This document shows, in pieces, positions 27,780 through 37,502 of a stretch of DNA of 64,000 bases (positions are counted from its first letter, which is position 1; every line of letters begins with the position of its first letter). A model generated the notes under the pieces. That model saw nothing but the letters and a program-made list of their open reading frames with translations, was not told where the DNA came from and made no database searches. The position numbers and the translations under genes are program-made. Where the stretch lies: the NCBI GenBank assembly GCA_040218735.1, contig JAVJQW010000042.1, positions 160,001 through 224,000 on the forward strand, written 5' to 3'. The stretch comes from Deltaproteobacteria bacterium (GTDB lineage Bacteria; Myxococcota; Kuafuiibacteriia; Kuafuiibacteriales; Kuafuiibacteriaceae).

Positions 27780-30146
27780 CTAACCTTCGCGCCACTCGAT
27801 CCGATCCGCGTCGAGGTGAAGTCGTCCCTTGCCGCGCTCGAAGGCTGCCTTGCGCGTCTTCCCTTTCGTCAACAGGTCCTTCAGCTCGTTCGCCGTCAGC
27901 TTCTTCCCGTCGAAGACGAACGGCACGGTGAAGTCGCAGCCGTCACGCCAGTGCCCGCACCCCCAGGCGCGCCGCCCCGCGACGATGCCTTCGCGCTGAC
28001 ACCGCGGACACGTATAAGCGAAGCGCTCCGGGGCGCGTGCCTTGGGCGCCGCCGCCGCACCGTCCCCGAAGTCGAACGAAACCTCGCCATCGCGCAGCAC
28101 CAGGATCGCCGCGAATTTGCGCTTCTTCTTCGAACGAAAGCCACGCAGCTTCGTCGTTCGCCCGCGACGAAGGAGCTGCTCCACCTCGCCCTCGCGCAGC
28201 TCCCGCCCCGCGATCCGTCCCGGGATCGACAGGTGGCAGGCACTACACTCGAACGAACGCCCCCGCCGCGCGACCTCGGCGCTGCACTGCGGACACCGCC
28301 CCAGCACCCGGCGTGGCGTCGGCGTCGCCTCCACCTTCGCGAGGTCTCCCACGACGCGCCGCGCGAACGTCTCCACGTCCTGGCTGAACCTCGCCGCCTG
28401 CTCACGGCCCGCCGCGATCTGCGACAACCGCGCCTCCCAGGCCCCCGTCAGCTCCGCCGACTTGAGCGTGTCGTTCGGGAGTCCGTCGATCAAAGCGACC
28501 CCCTTCGTCGTCGGTACCAGCGCCTTCTTGTCGCGCCGCACGTACTCGCGCTTCAGGAGGGTCTCGATGATCGACGCGCGCGTCGCCGGCGTGCCCAGAC
28601 CGCACGCCTTCATGGCCTCTCGCAGCGCCTCGTCCTCCACGTCCTTGCCCGCGGTCTCCATCGCGGCGAGGAGCGTCGCGTCGGTGTGTCGCGGGGGCGG
28701 CTTCGTGCGCCCCTGCTTCGTCGCGAGCTTCGCGTCGAGCCGATCACCCTCCCGCACCGGCGGGAGCAGCTGGTCCTTCCGCTTCGGCGGCTCGATCGCG
28801 TGCCACCCCGGCGACACCACCACGCGGCCGCGCGCGACGAACGCGTCGGGGGGCGCAGGGAGCGCAGGCAGGATCGCGTCGCTCCAGCTCTTCGGTTTGT
28901 CGCACGGGCCGGTCCCCAACAACACGTACGTGGACTTCAACTCCGCCGCCGCCGACAGCGCCGCGAGGAAGCGACGAACGACGAGGTCGTAGATCTTCGC
29001 TTCGTCCGCGCCGAGTTTGTTCGCGTCCTTCCGACCCGACACCGGGACGATCGCGTGGTGGTCACTCACCTTCGCGTCGTCGACGACCCGCCGCGTGATA
29101 CGGAGCCCCGCACGCGCCAGGTGCTTCGCGTGGGTCCCGTACGCCGGATCGCCCTCGAAGGTCGCCACCAACCCGGGCAGCCCCGCCTTCTGATCCGATC
29201 CCAGATACCGCGACGAGGTTCGCGGGTACGTGATCATCTTGTGGCGCTCGTACAGCGTCTGCGCCGCGCGGAGCGTGCGGTCCGCCGAGAAACCGTAGCG
29301 CTGGTTCGCCGTCCGTTGCAGCGTCGTGAGATCGAAGAGCTGCGGCGCCGGCTCCTGCGTCTTCCGCTCCTCGACCCGCAGCACCGTCAGCGGGCCCACC
29401 ACGCGAGCGACGAGCGCATCCGCGAGCGCCGCCTTTGCAAGGCGGGTTGCACCGCTCTGTGAAGTCCACCGAGCGACGAACCCGACATCGGCCTCGACCT
29501 CCCAGAAGTCCTCCGGCACGAACCGCGAGATCGCTTGCTCCCGTTCCACGATCAGCGCGAGCGTCGGCGTCTGCACCCGCCCGATCGAATGCACGCCGGC
29601 GTCCCGCCCCGCGGTGAGCGTCATGGCGCGCGTCGCGTTGAGCCCTACGATCCAGTCGGCCTCCGAGCGTGCTCGCGCCGCCGCCGCGAGCGCTTCGAAG
29701 TCCCGGCCCGGCCGCAGGCGACGAAACCCATCCGCGATCGCGTCCGACGTGAGCGAAGAGATCCACAGCCGCTGGATCGGCAGCCGCGACCGCGCGCGCT
29801 CGTACACGTAGCGGAAGATGAGCTCCCCCTCGCGCCCGGCGTCACACGCGTTGACGACGAACGCAAAGTCACCGCGGAGGAGGTCACGGACGACGCGCCA
29901 TTGTTTCAGCGTGCGCGGCGCCGGACGCAGGCGGAACGCGTCAGGGATCATCGGGAGCGTGTCGAACGACCAGCGCTTCCACTTGGTGTCGTAGGCGCTG
30001 GGTTCGTCGAGCTCGACGAGGTGGCCGATGCACCACGTGACGACCCAGCCGTTTCCGCGGATCGAACCGTCACCCTTGTCGCGCGCTCCGAGCGCTCGCG
30101 CGAGATCCCGCGCGACCGAAGGTTTCTCCGCGACGACCAGCTTCAC
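27780..30146 (-). CDS. topB: DNA topoisomerase III
   Basis: KLVVAEKPSVA, WCIGHL, DAGREGE, GRVQTPT, ITYPRT (catalytic Tyr), GLGTPATR, C-terminal Zn ribbons and topoisomerase C-terminal repeats; GTG start. Confidence 0.95.
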   Translation of the reverse strand: MKLVVAEKPSVARDLARALGARDKGDGSIRGNGWVVTWCIGHLVELDEPSAYDTKWKRWSFDTLPMIPDAFRLRPAPRTLKQWRVVRDLLRGDFAFVVNACDAGREGELIFRYVYERARSRLPIQRLWISSLTSDAIADGFRRLRPGRDFEALAAAARARSEADWIVGLNATRAMTLTAGRDAGVHSIGRVQTPTLALIVEREQAISRFVPEDFWEVEADVGFVARWTSQSGATRLAKAALADALVARVVGPLTVLRVEERKTQEPAPQLFDLTTLQRTANQRYGFSADRTLRAAQTLYERHKMITYPRTSSRYLGSDQKAGLPGLVATFEGDPAYGTHAKHLARAGLRITRRVVDDAKVSDHHAIVPVSGRKDANKLGADEAKIYDLVVRRFLAALSAAAELKSTYVLLGTGPCDKPKSWSDAILPALPAPPDAFVARGRVVVSPGWHAIEPPKRKDQLLPPVREGDRLDAKLATKQGRTKPPPRHTDATLLAAMETAGKDVEDEALREAMKACGLGTPATRASIIETLLKREYVRRDKKALVPTTKGVALIDGLPNDTLKSAELTGAWEARLSQIAAGREQAARFSQDVETFARRVVGDLAKVEATPTPRRVLGRCPQCSAEVARRGRSFECSACHLSIPGRIAGRELREGEVEQLLRRGRTTKLRGFRSKKKRKFAAILVLRDGEVSFDFGDGAAAAPKARAPERFAYTCPRCQREGIVAGRRAWGCGHWRDGCDFTVPFVFDGKKLTANELKDLLTKGKTRKAAFERGKGRLHLDADRIEWREG

Positions 30147-30196
30147 GGCCCGCAGATGTTGGCGGATTCGCGATCGCTCGGCCACCGAGAACGCTC

Positions 30197-30210
30197 CGGA
30201 ATTCGTTGCG
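30197..30210. repeat. Solitary exact copy of the 14-bp array core CGGAATTCGTTGCG
   Basis: Lies in the divergent intergenic region between topB and the lipoprotein gene; flanked by CGCTC...GAGCG inverted arms. Confidence 0.7.
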
Positions 30211-30266
30211 AGCGCTACGCCGAGAAAAGTCTCACCACGAATCGCGCGCGCGGTGTATCGAGCGCC

Positions 30267-31181
30267 ATGCGCCGCTGGATCCTGCTGCCTCTGATCGTCT
30301 CGGCGTGCGGGCGCCTGGAGCCGATTGCGCTGCGCGGCGTCGCGAGCGAGGCCGACGCCGGCGTCACCAACCCACAGACCGACGCCGGCTTCGGACGCGA
30401 CGCTTCGGTTTTCGTTCGTGACGCCGGACCGCAGATCGATCCGGAGCGCACCGTCGTCGGGCGCGCGCTCGGCTGCAACCTCGGCGAGGAAGAGCAGGTC
30501 CAGGCGGCGATCCGCGTCGCCGCCTGTCAGGACGAAGACGTCCGCGCCACCGCCGTCACGTACATCGAAGCGTTCGACAGCGGGCTGTTCGGCACGTTCG
30601 TCCCGTACATCGAAGGCCTCGCAGGTTTCGAGATGCGTCAGGGGTGCGCGTACTGGCGATGTGCGGCGAGCGCCCAAACCTGCGACGCGCTCGAAGCCTG
30701 CGCGACGCCCCTCCCCGGACGCTGCCGCATGGACCAACGCTTCGAGACCCGCTGCGTCGGCACCGAGCTCGCGCGCTGCGAGTTCGGCGAGCTCGAGCGC
30801 GTGGTCGACTGCGCGGACTTCGGCGCGCAGTGCATCGATGGTGCGTGCCAGCGCGAGCGGTGCCGGTTCGGTGACTTCGAGACCATCGCGGAACCGACGT
30901 GCTCCGACGACGGCACCCGACTCGTCATCTGCCCGGGCCAGCTCGAGATGGCGTGTGAAGACTTCCGCCCCGGCTCCGCGTGTCGCAGCTTCTACGTCGG
31001 CGGCGAAGCGCCAGTGTCGTGGTGCAGCCCGACGCAGGAGGGGGTCGCGGGCGCCTACGAGGTCCCCGGCGAGTGCTCCCGCGGGACCTTCTCCTACGCG
31101 CCGGCGACCCGACCGCCGGGCGCCTACGCCTGCCTCGAAGCGGGCTACGACGGCTGTGATGAACGCAGCTGCGTCCCGTAG
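30267..31181 (+). CDS. Cys-rich lipoprotein
   Basis: MRRWILLPLIVSAC lipobox, DAG linker, many Cys. Confidence 0.8.
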   Translation: MRRWILLPLIVSACGRLEPIALRGVASEADAGVTNPQTDAGFGRDASVFVRDAGPQIDPERTVVGRALGCNLGEEEQVQAAIRVAACQDEDVRATAVTYIEAFDSGLFGTFVPYIEGLAGFEMRQGCAYWRCAASAQTCDALEACATPLPGRCRMDQRFETRCVGTELARCEFGELERVVDCADFGAQCIDGACQRERCRFGDFETIAEPTCSDDGTRLVICPGQLEMACEDFRPGSACRSFYVGGEAPVSWCSPTQEGVAGAYEVPGECSRGTFSYAPATRPPGAYACLEAGYDGCDERSCVP

Positions 31182-31229
31182 CCCACGATTCGATCGACAA
31201 CGCGCCCCTGGCTCGCTAGATCCCCAGCC

Positions 31230-31409
31230 GTGAGCGAACGCGAACCCGCGCCGGAAGAGATCCCGGACGAAGACGTCGGCCCGTACGGCCTTCGCGGCAA
31301 ACACACGCCTCCGCTCCACCGCATGTTCGGCGGCTACGGCATCATCTTCGGCGCCGTCATCCTCCTGCCGCTCGTCCTCTTCGTCCTCATCCGGTTCGTC
31401 ATCCTCTGA
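31230..31409 (+). CDS. Small single-TM membrane protein (59 aa)
   Basis: Manual translation VSEREPAPEEIPDEDVGPYGLRGKHTPPLHRMFGGYGIIFGAVILLPLVLFVLIRFVIL; host-like codon usage; below the ORF-track size cutoff. Confidence 0.7.
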   Translation: MSEREPAPEEIPDEDVGPYGLRGKHTPPLHRMFGGYGIIFGAVILLPLVLFVLIRFVIL

Positions 31410-31432
31410 ACGAACGAAGACGCGCGGCGCGT

Positions 31433-32056
31433 TCAGTCGAGCGCGCGTCCCAACGTCGTGAAGATCGTTCGCCACGGCTCCGACAGCGCCCGGGCGTCGC
31501 GTTCGATGGTCGCTTCGTCGCCGCGGACGAAGGGCCCGGTGCGTCCCGCGGCACCGAGTCTTTGCACGTTGTCCAACGCGGCCTCCGCCAGCGGCCACAA
31601 CCCACGGCCCGGGAGCTCGACGCCGGCCGCGGCGAGCTGCGCTTCGGCCCCGAGCCAGAGCGTCGCCGCGTGCCCCGCCGTGAGCACCGCGGCTGCGTGA
31701 TAGAGCGCCTTGTGCTCCGGCGCGAGCTCGAACGGTGCGAAGCCGATCGCCTCGAAGGCGTCGACGAGGAACTGCGGCGGCGCACCGGTGAGCGCGAGCG
31801 GCGTCCCCGTCCAGTCGCGCGCCTCGCCGTCGAAGCTGTTGAGCGGGTGCATGCACGGCACACCCGGCACGTTCAGCGATCCCGAAAGGTGCACGCAGCG
31901 GCCCGCGAACGGCGCGGCCGTCGATGTGATCGCGTGGTCCGGGACCGCGAGCACGACCCAGCCCTCGGGCCGCGCCGTGTGCGGGTGATTGTCGACGCCC
32001 AGCGCCGAAGCCAGCGCGCGCCCGGCCTTGCCGCGACCGAGGATCGAGAACTTCAC
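31433..32056 (-). CDS. Rossmann-like/DUF2520 oxidoreductase
   Basis: ILGRGKAG, LAVPD, HLSGS, MHPL, YHAAA, TGPFVRGD. Confidence 0.88.
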   Translation of the reverse strand: MKFSILGRGKAGRALASALGVDNHPHTARPEGWVVLAVPDHAITSTAAPFAGRCVHLSGSLNVPGVPCMHPLNSFDGEARDWTGTPLALTGAPPQFLVDAFEAIGFAPFELAPEHKALYHAAAVLTAGHAATLWLGAEAQLAAAGVELPGRGLWPLAEAALDNVQRLGAAGRTGPFVRGDEATIERDARALSEPWRTIFTTLGRALD

Positions 32057-32070
32057 GCCCCGACCCTGGT

Positions 32071-34560
32071 TCAGCGGCGCGTCCGAATCAACGCCTTGAC
32101 GCGTTCGGCGTCGTTAGCGTCCGGCGCGAGGTCCACGTAGCGCTGGTAGTGGCGGATCGACTCCGTGGTTCGATCCTCGCGCGCGAAGATTACGCCGAGC
32201 GAACGGTGGCACTCCGGGAGGTCGGCGAGCTCCACGCACTCGAGTAGCTTGGCCTTCGCGGCGTCGACCTTCCCTTTCGCGAGTTGCTGGTTGCCTTCGC
32301 GGTAGAGCAAGCCAGCTTGCGCCAACGCGACGTCCTCGGTGTCGGGGGCGTCGTCCGAGACCGTTTCGACCGGGCGGGTCTGGACCCAGACGTAGGCCAC
32401 CACGGCGCTCACCATCATCAGGAGCAGCATTGCGACCAGCCACCTGCTCTTGGAGGGCGCGCTGGCCGGCACCGTGGGGCTGGCGCGCGAGGGGGCTGCG
32501 CCGTCCAACACACTGTCGGGGGGCGCTTCGATCTCCGGACCGGCCACGTCTTCGACCGGCACCTCCGAGATCTCGCCGCGGGGGATCGTCGTGACGACCA
32601 TCGCCGCCGACGTGCCCGCGGTACCGTCGTCCATCAACGTGTCTTGGGCGTCGGTGCCGAACGGCTGGAGCTTGATCGGATCGTCGACGTGCGGGTCGTC
32701 GAACATCGTCACCGCCGGCCGTGAACGGAGCGGCTCCGTCCGCACCGTCTGGTCGTCGTAGTCGACCTCGGGAAGCTCGTCCTCCTCGGCGAGGGCGCGC
32801 ACGGCCTCCTGCACGTGGGCGGCGAGCGTCGGGTCCCCGAGCGTCGGATCTTCGTTGTCCTCTTGCTCGGTCGGCGCCGAGAGCGCGGAGAGCGCCCGCT
32901 GCGAATCGATCGGGATCGTGGGGCCGTCGTTGCGACCGGGCACCTCATTTTCGGAGCTTGTGTCGCCGCCCGCGTCGGCGCCGCGGATCACCTCGGAGGG
33001 CCCCCCATCTTCGGAGCTCGCTTCGCTCGAGTCGGTGCCGCGGACCGCCGCTGAGGGCCCCCTATTCTCGGAGCTCGCTTCGCTCGACTGGGTGCCGCGG
33101 ACCGCCTCGGAGGGCCCCCCATTTTCGGACCTCGCTTCGCTCGGGCCGAGGGCACGTTCCTTCGGACGGCCCGCGGCGTACCCGCCGCGGACCGCCTCGG
33201 AGGGTACCCCGAGGCCGGACGCCCAGGGCACGGGCGGGTCCGTCGGGGCGGCCGCTTCCTCCGGCCACCTCGGCCGCGGGGGATCCGTCTCGGAGTCGTT
33301 GCGGTGCACCGCGGGGAGGCGCTGGGTGCCGTTGGGCCCCTGCGGCATCGGCGTCTCGGCTTCGTGCGGGAGCGTCGCCCCGGCCGAGGGGGTCCTCGAC
33401 TCGGAGCCGATCAGGTCCGCCTCCGCCCAGGAGATCGGCTCCGACCCCGGGAGCGGCTGACCGGCGTGGGGTGTCGGCGCAGCGTCCGGGGCGTCGGCGC
33501 CCGTGCGCGGTGTCTTCGCGCCGACCACGTCGATCGCCGCGTCCGTGTCGTCCGCGAGCGCTTCGATGTCCGGGTCGGTCGGCACCTGCGCGATCTGCTT
33601 CGGCGACGGTTTGTCCGGGAACGTCGCGAGCATGATCTCCGCGACCTCGTCCGAACCCATCGGGTTCGTCGCCGCGGTGAGGTGCGCCCACAGCGCCTGC
33701 CCCATGTCGCTCGCGTTCTGGTAGCGGCGATCCTTGTGCGCGACGAGCGCCTTCGCACAGATCGCGTCGAGCGACTGCGGGACGTCGCCGTTGACCTCCG
33801 ACGCCGCCGGCACGACGGCGCGCGTGATCGCGCGGAGGGTGTCGATCTCCCGCTTTCGTTTGAATAGATGGCGACCGGTCATCATCTCCCACAGCACGAT
33901 GCCGAGCGAGAAGACGTCCGAGCGGCGGTCGAGCGGCGTCGCCTCCACCTGCTCCGGCGACATGTACGCGTACTTGCCCTTGATGTGTCCGGTGCGCGTG
34001 AAGCTCTGGAACCCGGCGGCCTTCGCGACACCGAAGTCGAGCAGCTTCACCTCCCCGGAGAACGTGACGAAGATGTTCTGCGGGGAGATGTCACGGTGGA
34101 CGAGCCCGAGCGCGCGGCCGTCTTCGCCCGTGGCGTCGTGTGCGTAGTGCAGGCCTTCGCAGGTGCACGCGACGACGTAGGCCATCAGGTCGATCGGGAT
34201 CGGGGTCTTGTTGTCGAGGATGCGGCGCAGCAGTCCGGAGAGCGGGGCGCCGTGGAGGTACCGCATGACGAGGAACGGGCTCCCGTCCGCGATGCCGTAG
34301 TCGGTGATGCCGCAGATGTTCTGGTGCCCGAGGCGCGACAGGATCTTCGCCTCGTTCATGAACATCTGCATGACGTCGGCGCGGGAGGCGAGGTGGGGGT
34401 GGACGCGTTTGACCGCGTACCAGCCTTCGTCCGCCCCGTTGAGGCGCCCGAGGTACACGGAGGCCATGCCGCCGGCCGCGATCTTGCCGAACAGGGTGTA
34501 GTGGCCGAACTGTTCGACCTTGGTCGTCACGCCGGACGCCGGTGGGACCTCGGTCACCAC
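32071..34560 (-). CDS. Ser/Thr protein kinase with long linker, TM helix and extracytoplasmic TPR
   Basis: GGMA, YAVK, HRDISPQN, DFG, YMSPE; C-terminal CHRSLG...HYQRYVDLAP. Confidence 0.95.
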   Translation of the reverse strand: MVTEVPPASGVTTKVEQFGHYTLFGKIAAGGMASVYLGRLNGADEGWYAVKRVHPHLASRADVMQMFMNEAKILSRLGHQNICGITDYGIADGSPFLVMRYLHGAPLSGLLRRILDNKTPIPIDLMAYVVACTCEGLHYAHDATGEDGRALGLVHRDISPQNIFVTFSGEVKLLDFGVAKAAGFQSFTRTGHIKGKYAYMSPEQVEATPLDRRSDVFSLGIVLWEMMTGRHLFKRKREIDTLRAITRAVVPAASEVNGDVPQSLDAICAKALVAHKDRRYQNASDMGQALWAHLTAATNPMGSDEVAEIMLATFPDKPSPKQIAQVPTDPDIEALADDTDAAIDVVGAKTPRTGADAPDAAPTPHAGQPLPGSEPISWAEADLIGSESRTPSAGATLPHEAETPMPQGPNGTQRLPAVHRNDSETDPPRPRWPEEAAAPTDPPVPWASGLGVPSEAVRGGYAAGRPKERALGPSEARSENGGPSEAVRGTQSSEASSENRGPSAAVRGTDSSEASSEDGGPSEVIRGADAGGDTSSENEVPGRNDGPTIPIDSQRALSALSAPTEQEDNEDPTLGDPTLAAHVQEAVRALAEEDELPEVDYDDQTVRTEPLRSRPAVTMFDDPHVDDPIKLQPFGTDAQDTLMDDGTAGTSAAMVVTTIPRGEISEVPVEDVAGPEIEAPPDSVLDGAAPSRASPTVPASAPSKSRWLVAMLLLMMVSAVVAYVWVQTRPVETVSDDAPDTEDVALAQAGLLYREGNQQLAKGKVDAAKAKLLECVELADLPECHRSLGVIFAREDRTTESIRHYQRYVDLAPDANDAERVKALIRTRR
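32945..33205. repeat. Degenerate 57-bp tandem repeat containing CTCGCTTCGCTCG inside the kinase linker
   Basis: TCGGASCTCGCTTCGCTCG at 33011, 33068, 33125; encodes GPSEAVRGTxSSEASSExx. Confidence 0.85.
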
Positions 34561-34618
34561 GCAGGGAGCATAGCCCGTCGTGATACCCAGGGACCAACCG
34601 ACCTGCTAATCAAGAAGG

Positions 34619-36412
34619 ATGTCCGCGACGCTGCTCAGGAACGGGACCGTGTACGACGGCACCGGCGCGGCGCCCATCGTCGGCGACGTGTTGGTGGAGG
34701 AGGGGGTGGTGAAGGCCGTGGGGCCCTCGTTGACGCACCCCACCGCGGAGGTGATCGATGCGACCGGCCGGTGGGTCATGCCGGGGTTCGTCGACAACCA
34801 CACCCACTACGACGGCGAGGTCCTCGTCGCGCCCCAGCTCTCGGAGTCGGTGCGGCACGGGGTGACGACGGTCCTGCTCGGCGGGTGCTCGCTGTCGTTC
34901 GTCTACTCGGACGTCATGGATTGTTGCGACATGTTCACGCGGGTCGAAGCGTTCCCGCGCGACATCCTCGTCCCGATCCTGAAGGACGAGAAGAAGTGGT
35001 CGTCGCCGCGCGAGTGGATCGATCACGTCGAGTCGCTGCCGCTCGGACCGAACATCGCTTCGTTCATCGGCCACTCCGACATTCGCGCGGCGGTGATGGG
35101 GATCGATCGTTCGCTCACGAAGGGCGTGCGGCCGAGCGGTGAAGAGCTGTCGCGGATGGTGGCGATGCTCGAGGAGGCGCTCGACGCCGGAATGCTCGGC
35201 ATCTCCATGCAGCACAACCCGTGGGACAAGATGGACGGGCGTCACTGGTCGAAGCTGTTGCCCGCGGCCTACGCGACCATGAAGGAGCGCGCGGCGCTGT
35301 GCTCGGTGGCGCGGCGTCGCGGCGCGCACCTGCAAGGCATCCCGAACCTCGTCAACCGCGTGGGGGCGCTCTGGTATATGGCGCAGAGCGCGTCGTTCTT
35401 CGGGCTGCGCAAGAAGCTGAAGACGTCGATGGTCGCGATGATGGACCTCAAAGGGGACCCGTACATCCGCGCGGTGATCAGCGGGCTGTCCGGCTTCTTC
35501 AACAAGGTCTTCGGCGCGGACTTCAGGATGCAGACGTTCCCGGTGCCGTTCCGCGTGTACGCGCGCGGGATGGACCTGGTGATCTTCGAAGAGTTCCCGA
35601 CGGGCGCGCTCGCGCGACACCTCTCGAAGGATCTCTCGAAGCGCGACGCCACGCTGAAGGACGCGGACTATCGCGCGAAGTTCAAGCGCCACTACAAGAA
35701 CAAGTGGGCGCCGAAGATCTGGCAGAAGGACTTCGGCGACGCGTACGTGCTCGAGGCGCCCGACGCCGAGCTCGTCGGAAAGTCGTTCTCGCAGATCGCA
35801 GAGGAGCGCGGGCAGCACCCGGTCGACACGTTCTTGGATCTGGTCGTGGAGATGGACCAGGAGATCCTGTGGGAGACGACGGTCGGTAACGAGGATCCCG
35901 CGCGCTACGGCCCGCTCTACAACGACGAGAACGGGCTGTTCGGCTTCGCCGATTCCGGCGCACACATCAACAACATGGCGTTCTACAACAACCCGTTGCG
36001 CGTCCTTCAGTACGTGAAGGCCTCGCACGATCGCGGAGCGCCGTTGATGGACATCGAGAAGGCGGTGTGGCGCCTCACGAAGGAGAACGCCGACTTCTTC
36101 AACCTCGCCGACGTCGGCCACCTCGCGCCCGGCAAACGCGCTGACGTCACGGTGATCGATCCCGCGCACCTCACGGACGCCGTGCACGAGCTCCACACCG
36201 CGCCGTTCGTCGGTGACTCGGTGCGGCTCGTGAACCGCAACGACGACGCGGTGACGTGTGTCCTCATCGGCGGGAAGGTCGCGTGGCGCGACGGCGCGCT
36301 GTCGGATCGGCTGGGCAAGGAGCGCTACGGTTCGTTCCTCGTCGGCGATCACGAAGCGGTGCAGGTCCCGACCGAAGCGGCGCCTCCACTCGCCGCGCGC
36401 ACCGCGGTCTGA
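34619..36412 (+). CDS. N-acyl-D-amino-acid deacylase family amidohydrolase
   Basis: NGTVYDGTG, PGFVDNHTHYD, GVTTV, DSGAH, GKRADV. Confidence 0.9.
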   Translation: MSATLLRNGTVYDGTGAAPIVGDVLVEEGVVKAVGPSLTHPTAEVIDATGRWVMPGFVDNHTHYDGEVLVAPQLSESVRHGVTTVLLGGCSLSFVYSDVMDCCDMFTRVEAFPRDILVPILKDEKKWSSPREWIDHVESLPLGPNIASFIGHSDIRAAVMGIDRSLTKGVRPSGEELSRMVAMLEEALDAGMLGISMQHNPWDKMDGRHWSKLLPAAYATMKERAALCSVARRRGAHLQGIPNLVNRVGALWYMAQSASFFGLRKKLKTSMVAMMDLKGDPYIRAVISGLSGFFNKVFGADFRMQTFPVPFRVYARGMDLVIFEEFPTGALARHLSKDLSKRDATLKDADYRAKFKRHYKNKWAPKIWQKDFGDAYVLEAPDAELVGKSFSQIAEERGQHPVDTFLDLVVEMDQEILWETTVGNEDPARYGPLYNDENGLFGFADSGAHINNMAFYNNPLRVLQYVKASHDRGAPLMDIEKAVWRLTKENADFFNLADVGHLAPGKRADVTVIDPAHLTDAVHELHTAPFVGDSVRLVNRNDDAVTCVLIGGKVAWRDGALSDRLGKERYGSFLVGDHEAVQVPTEAAPPLAARTAV

Positions 36413-36532
36413 CGTGTGTGCGTCTGCGCAAAAAGTGATCGTTTCGGCGCCAGGCGTCACATGTAAGGTATCGACCCCGTAACCTCAGTCTTCGACCGCC
36501 TCGCCGTGGTCTTGAACCGTGCACTGGAGCGC

Positions 36533-37480
36533 ATGTTCGTCATCGCCGACGACGTCGGACCGATCGACGATCACACGCGCGCCCACGACGAGCCGGCGCG
36601 CGAGTGCGCGGCGTGCGGTTGGGTGGGGGACAGTCGGGTGTGTGATCGCTGCGGTCAGTGCAGCTCGGTCGCGCGTGTGCCGCGTGTCATTCGCGGTCAG
36701 TTCGTCGTTCGCTCGTGCATCGGGCGCGGTGCATCGGGCGTCGTCTATCTCGCGAAGGATCGCACCCTGGATCGGTGGGTCGCGGTCAAGACGCTGGCCG
36801 ACGTGCCCGCGACCGATCGCCTGATCCAGGAAGCCCAAACCATGGCGCGCGTGGTCCACCCGAACCTCGCCACGATCTACGGCGTGGAGACGTGGCGCTC
36901 CCGGTGCCTCCTGATGGTGGAGTACGTCGGTGGCGGGACCCTCGAAGACCGTTTGAAGGCGGGGCCCCTCGAGCCGACGGAGGTCGTAGAGTTTGCGCTC
37001 GCGTTGTTCTCCGCGCTCCGCGCGATACACGCCGCCGGGGTGCTTCACCGCGACGTCAAGCCGAGCAACATCGCGCGCGCCGCCGACGGTACGTGGAAGC
37101 TCATCGACTTCGGCGTCGCCCAGATGGCGAACTCGGACGACGAGACGTACGTGGGCACGCCGCTGTACACGTCGCCGGAGCAACTGTGGGGCGGACCGGC
37201 GAACGTCGCCGCGGATCTGTGGGCGGCGGCGGTGACGAGCTACGAAGCGCTGTGCGGCGTGCACCCGCTCGCGGACGACCGTCGCGCCACCGAGGTCGCG
37301 GAGGCGCTCTGCGGCGCGTGGTCGCCTGACCCGGATCGGCTCCCCGAAGGCTGCCCGGACGCGCTCGTGTCGCTGCTCGTCGACGCGCTCGACGCCGACC
37401 CGGGGCGCCGCCCGAGCTCCGCCGCCGAGGTGATCGAGCGTCTCACGAGCCATCGCTTCGCGACGGGGTACGCCGCCTAG
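36533..37480 (+). CDS. Ser/Thr protein kinase with N-terminal CxxC...CxxC zinc ribbon
   Basis: IGRGASG, VAVK, HRDVKPSN, DFG, GTPLYTSPE; start uncertain (36506 or 36533). Confidence 0.88.
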   Translation: MFVIADDVGPIDDHTRAHDEPARECAACGWVGDSRVCDRCGQCSSVARVPRVIRGQFVVRSCIGRGASGVVYLAKDRTLDRWVAVKTLADVPATDRLIQEAQTMARVVHPNLATIYGVETWRSRCLLMVEYVGGGTLEDRLKAGPLEPTEVVEFALALFSALRAIHAAGVLHRDVKPSNIARAADGTWKLIDFGVAQMANSDDETYVGTPLYTSPEQLWGGPANVAADLWAAAVTSYEALCGVHPLADDRRATEVAEALCGAWSPDPDRLPEGCPDALVSLLVDALDADPGRRPSSAAEVIERLTSHRFATGYAA

Positions 37481-37481
37481 G
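37462..37481 (+). repeat. Left direct repeat GACGGGGTACGCCGCCTAGG (att-like)
   Basis: Identical to 41550-41569; contains the kinase stop codon. Confidence 0.92.
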
Positions 37482-37502
37482 TTTGCATCGTTGCCCTAAC
37501 GT

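Noticed and set aside
26742-29462. Long Arg/Ala/Pro-rich alternative-frame ORFs here and throughout (e.g. 20894-23491, 48049-50109)
   Set aside because: Expected stop-poor shadow frames in high-GC DNA overlapping well-supported genes; no motifs
27780-31856. 1358-aa ORF as a giant topoisomerase fusion
   Set aside because: The first 570 codons are the antisense shadow of the plus-strand genes at 30267-31409; TopB motifs begin at 30146
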